DNA of 63,573 bases, filler included, from Octopus bimaculoides (Eukaryota): assembly GCF_001194135.2 (NCBI RefSeq). It is 5 parts of 5 records of this genome, joined end to end, with 100 filler letters (N's around TTAATTAATTAA, not from the genome) between each part and the next. Parts side by side here need not be neighbours in the genome. Positions count along the whole stretch, not along the records: positions 62,541 to 63,573 come from NW_026369103.1; 4 more parts are not named here. The stretch is one strand, 5' to 3'. Numbering within the stretch: the first letter of the stretch is position 1; each line of letters opens with the position of its first letter. This document shows, piece after piece, positions 63,261-63,573 of this stretch. The notes under the pieces are model-generated. The model had not been told where the DNA came from and ran no database searches. It was given only the letters and a program-made list of their open reading frames with translations. A program made the translations under genes and the position numbers.

Positions 63261-63573
63261 CAGATATATGTACATAGGTATAAATTTACATCCATTCCCA
63301 TTTTGAATATGTACTTACATATACTAATAATTAATTAGTCATGTAGGCGTACAGCTATATAAGTATAAAGAAAAGGAAAGTATTTTTAATTAGTCTGTGT
63401 AAAAATAAGTATAAACAGGGAGAGAGAATTATTTGAGTGGAAATAAATTATAAGAATGCAAAACATGTGTATATAAATAGGCACACACGCGCGCACATAT
63501 GCATGTATATATATGACAACCAACTCTCTACTGAGGACTTTGCTGCAGCCCTCCAGGGTTTATCTAAATCGAA

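Overview
Repeat-rich, gap-ridden eukaryotic genomic DNA, most likely from an octopod cephalopod. This is inferred from the SINE families, the microsatellite load and a C2H2-ZNF remnant. Four artificial 100-bp spacers (44N-TTAATTAATTAA-44N) split the window into five separately assembled pieces. Contents: (i) the last five coding exons of an EML5/EML6-like WD40/TAPE-domain gene (+ strand, stop at 5090-5092); (ii) three identical, fully paired tRNA-Glu(CTC) genes, each with a TATA-like element starting at -33; (iii) many tRNA-derived SINEs and fragments of RTE, R4/Dong-like (REL), Penelope-like (GIY-YIG), Tc1/mariner, pogo-like and hAT elements; (iv) a C2H2 zinc-finger pseudogene fragment. The best hidden signal is a set of hammerhead ribozyme motifs. 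One is a complete type I hammerhead with all three stems (minus strand, 20151-20203). Four are minimal or variant Penelope-type motifs (2125-2170, 23253-23290, 47185-47221, 61986-62040). There is also an unexplained multi-hairpin island ending in T6 (13930-14103), a ~290-bp foldback element, and ~1.3 kb of unique, coding-like DNA (43680-44950). Almost all long ORFs in the supplied track are artefacts of microsatellites and N-gaps. All folds were paired by eye and no database searches were run. Repeat boundaries are approximate.
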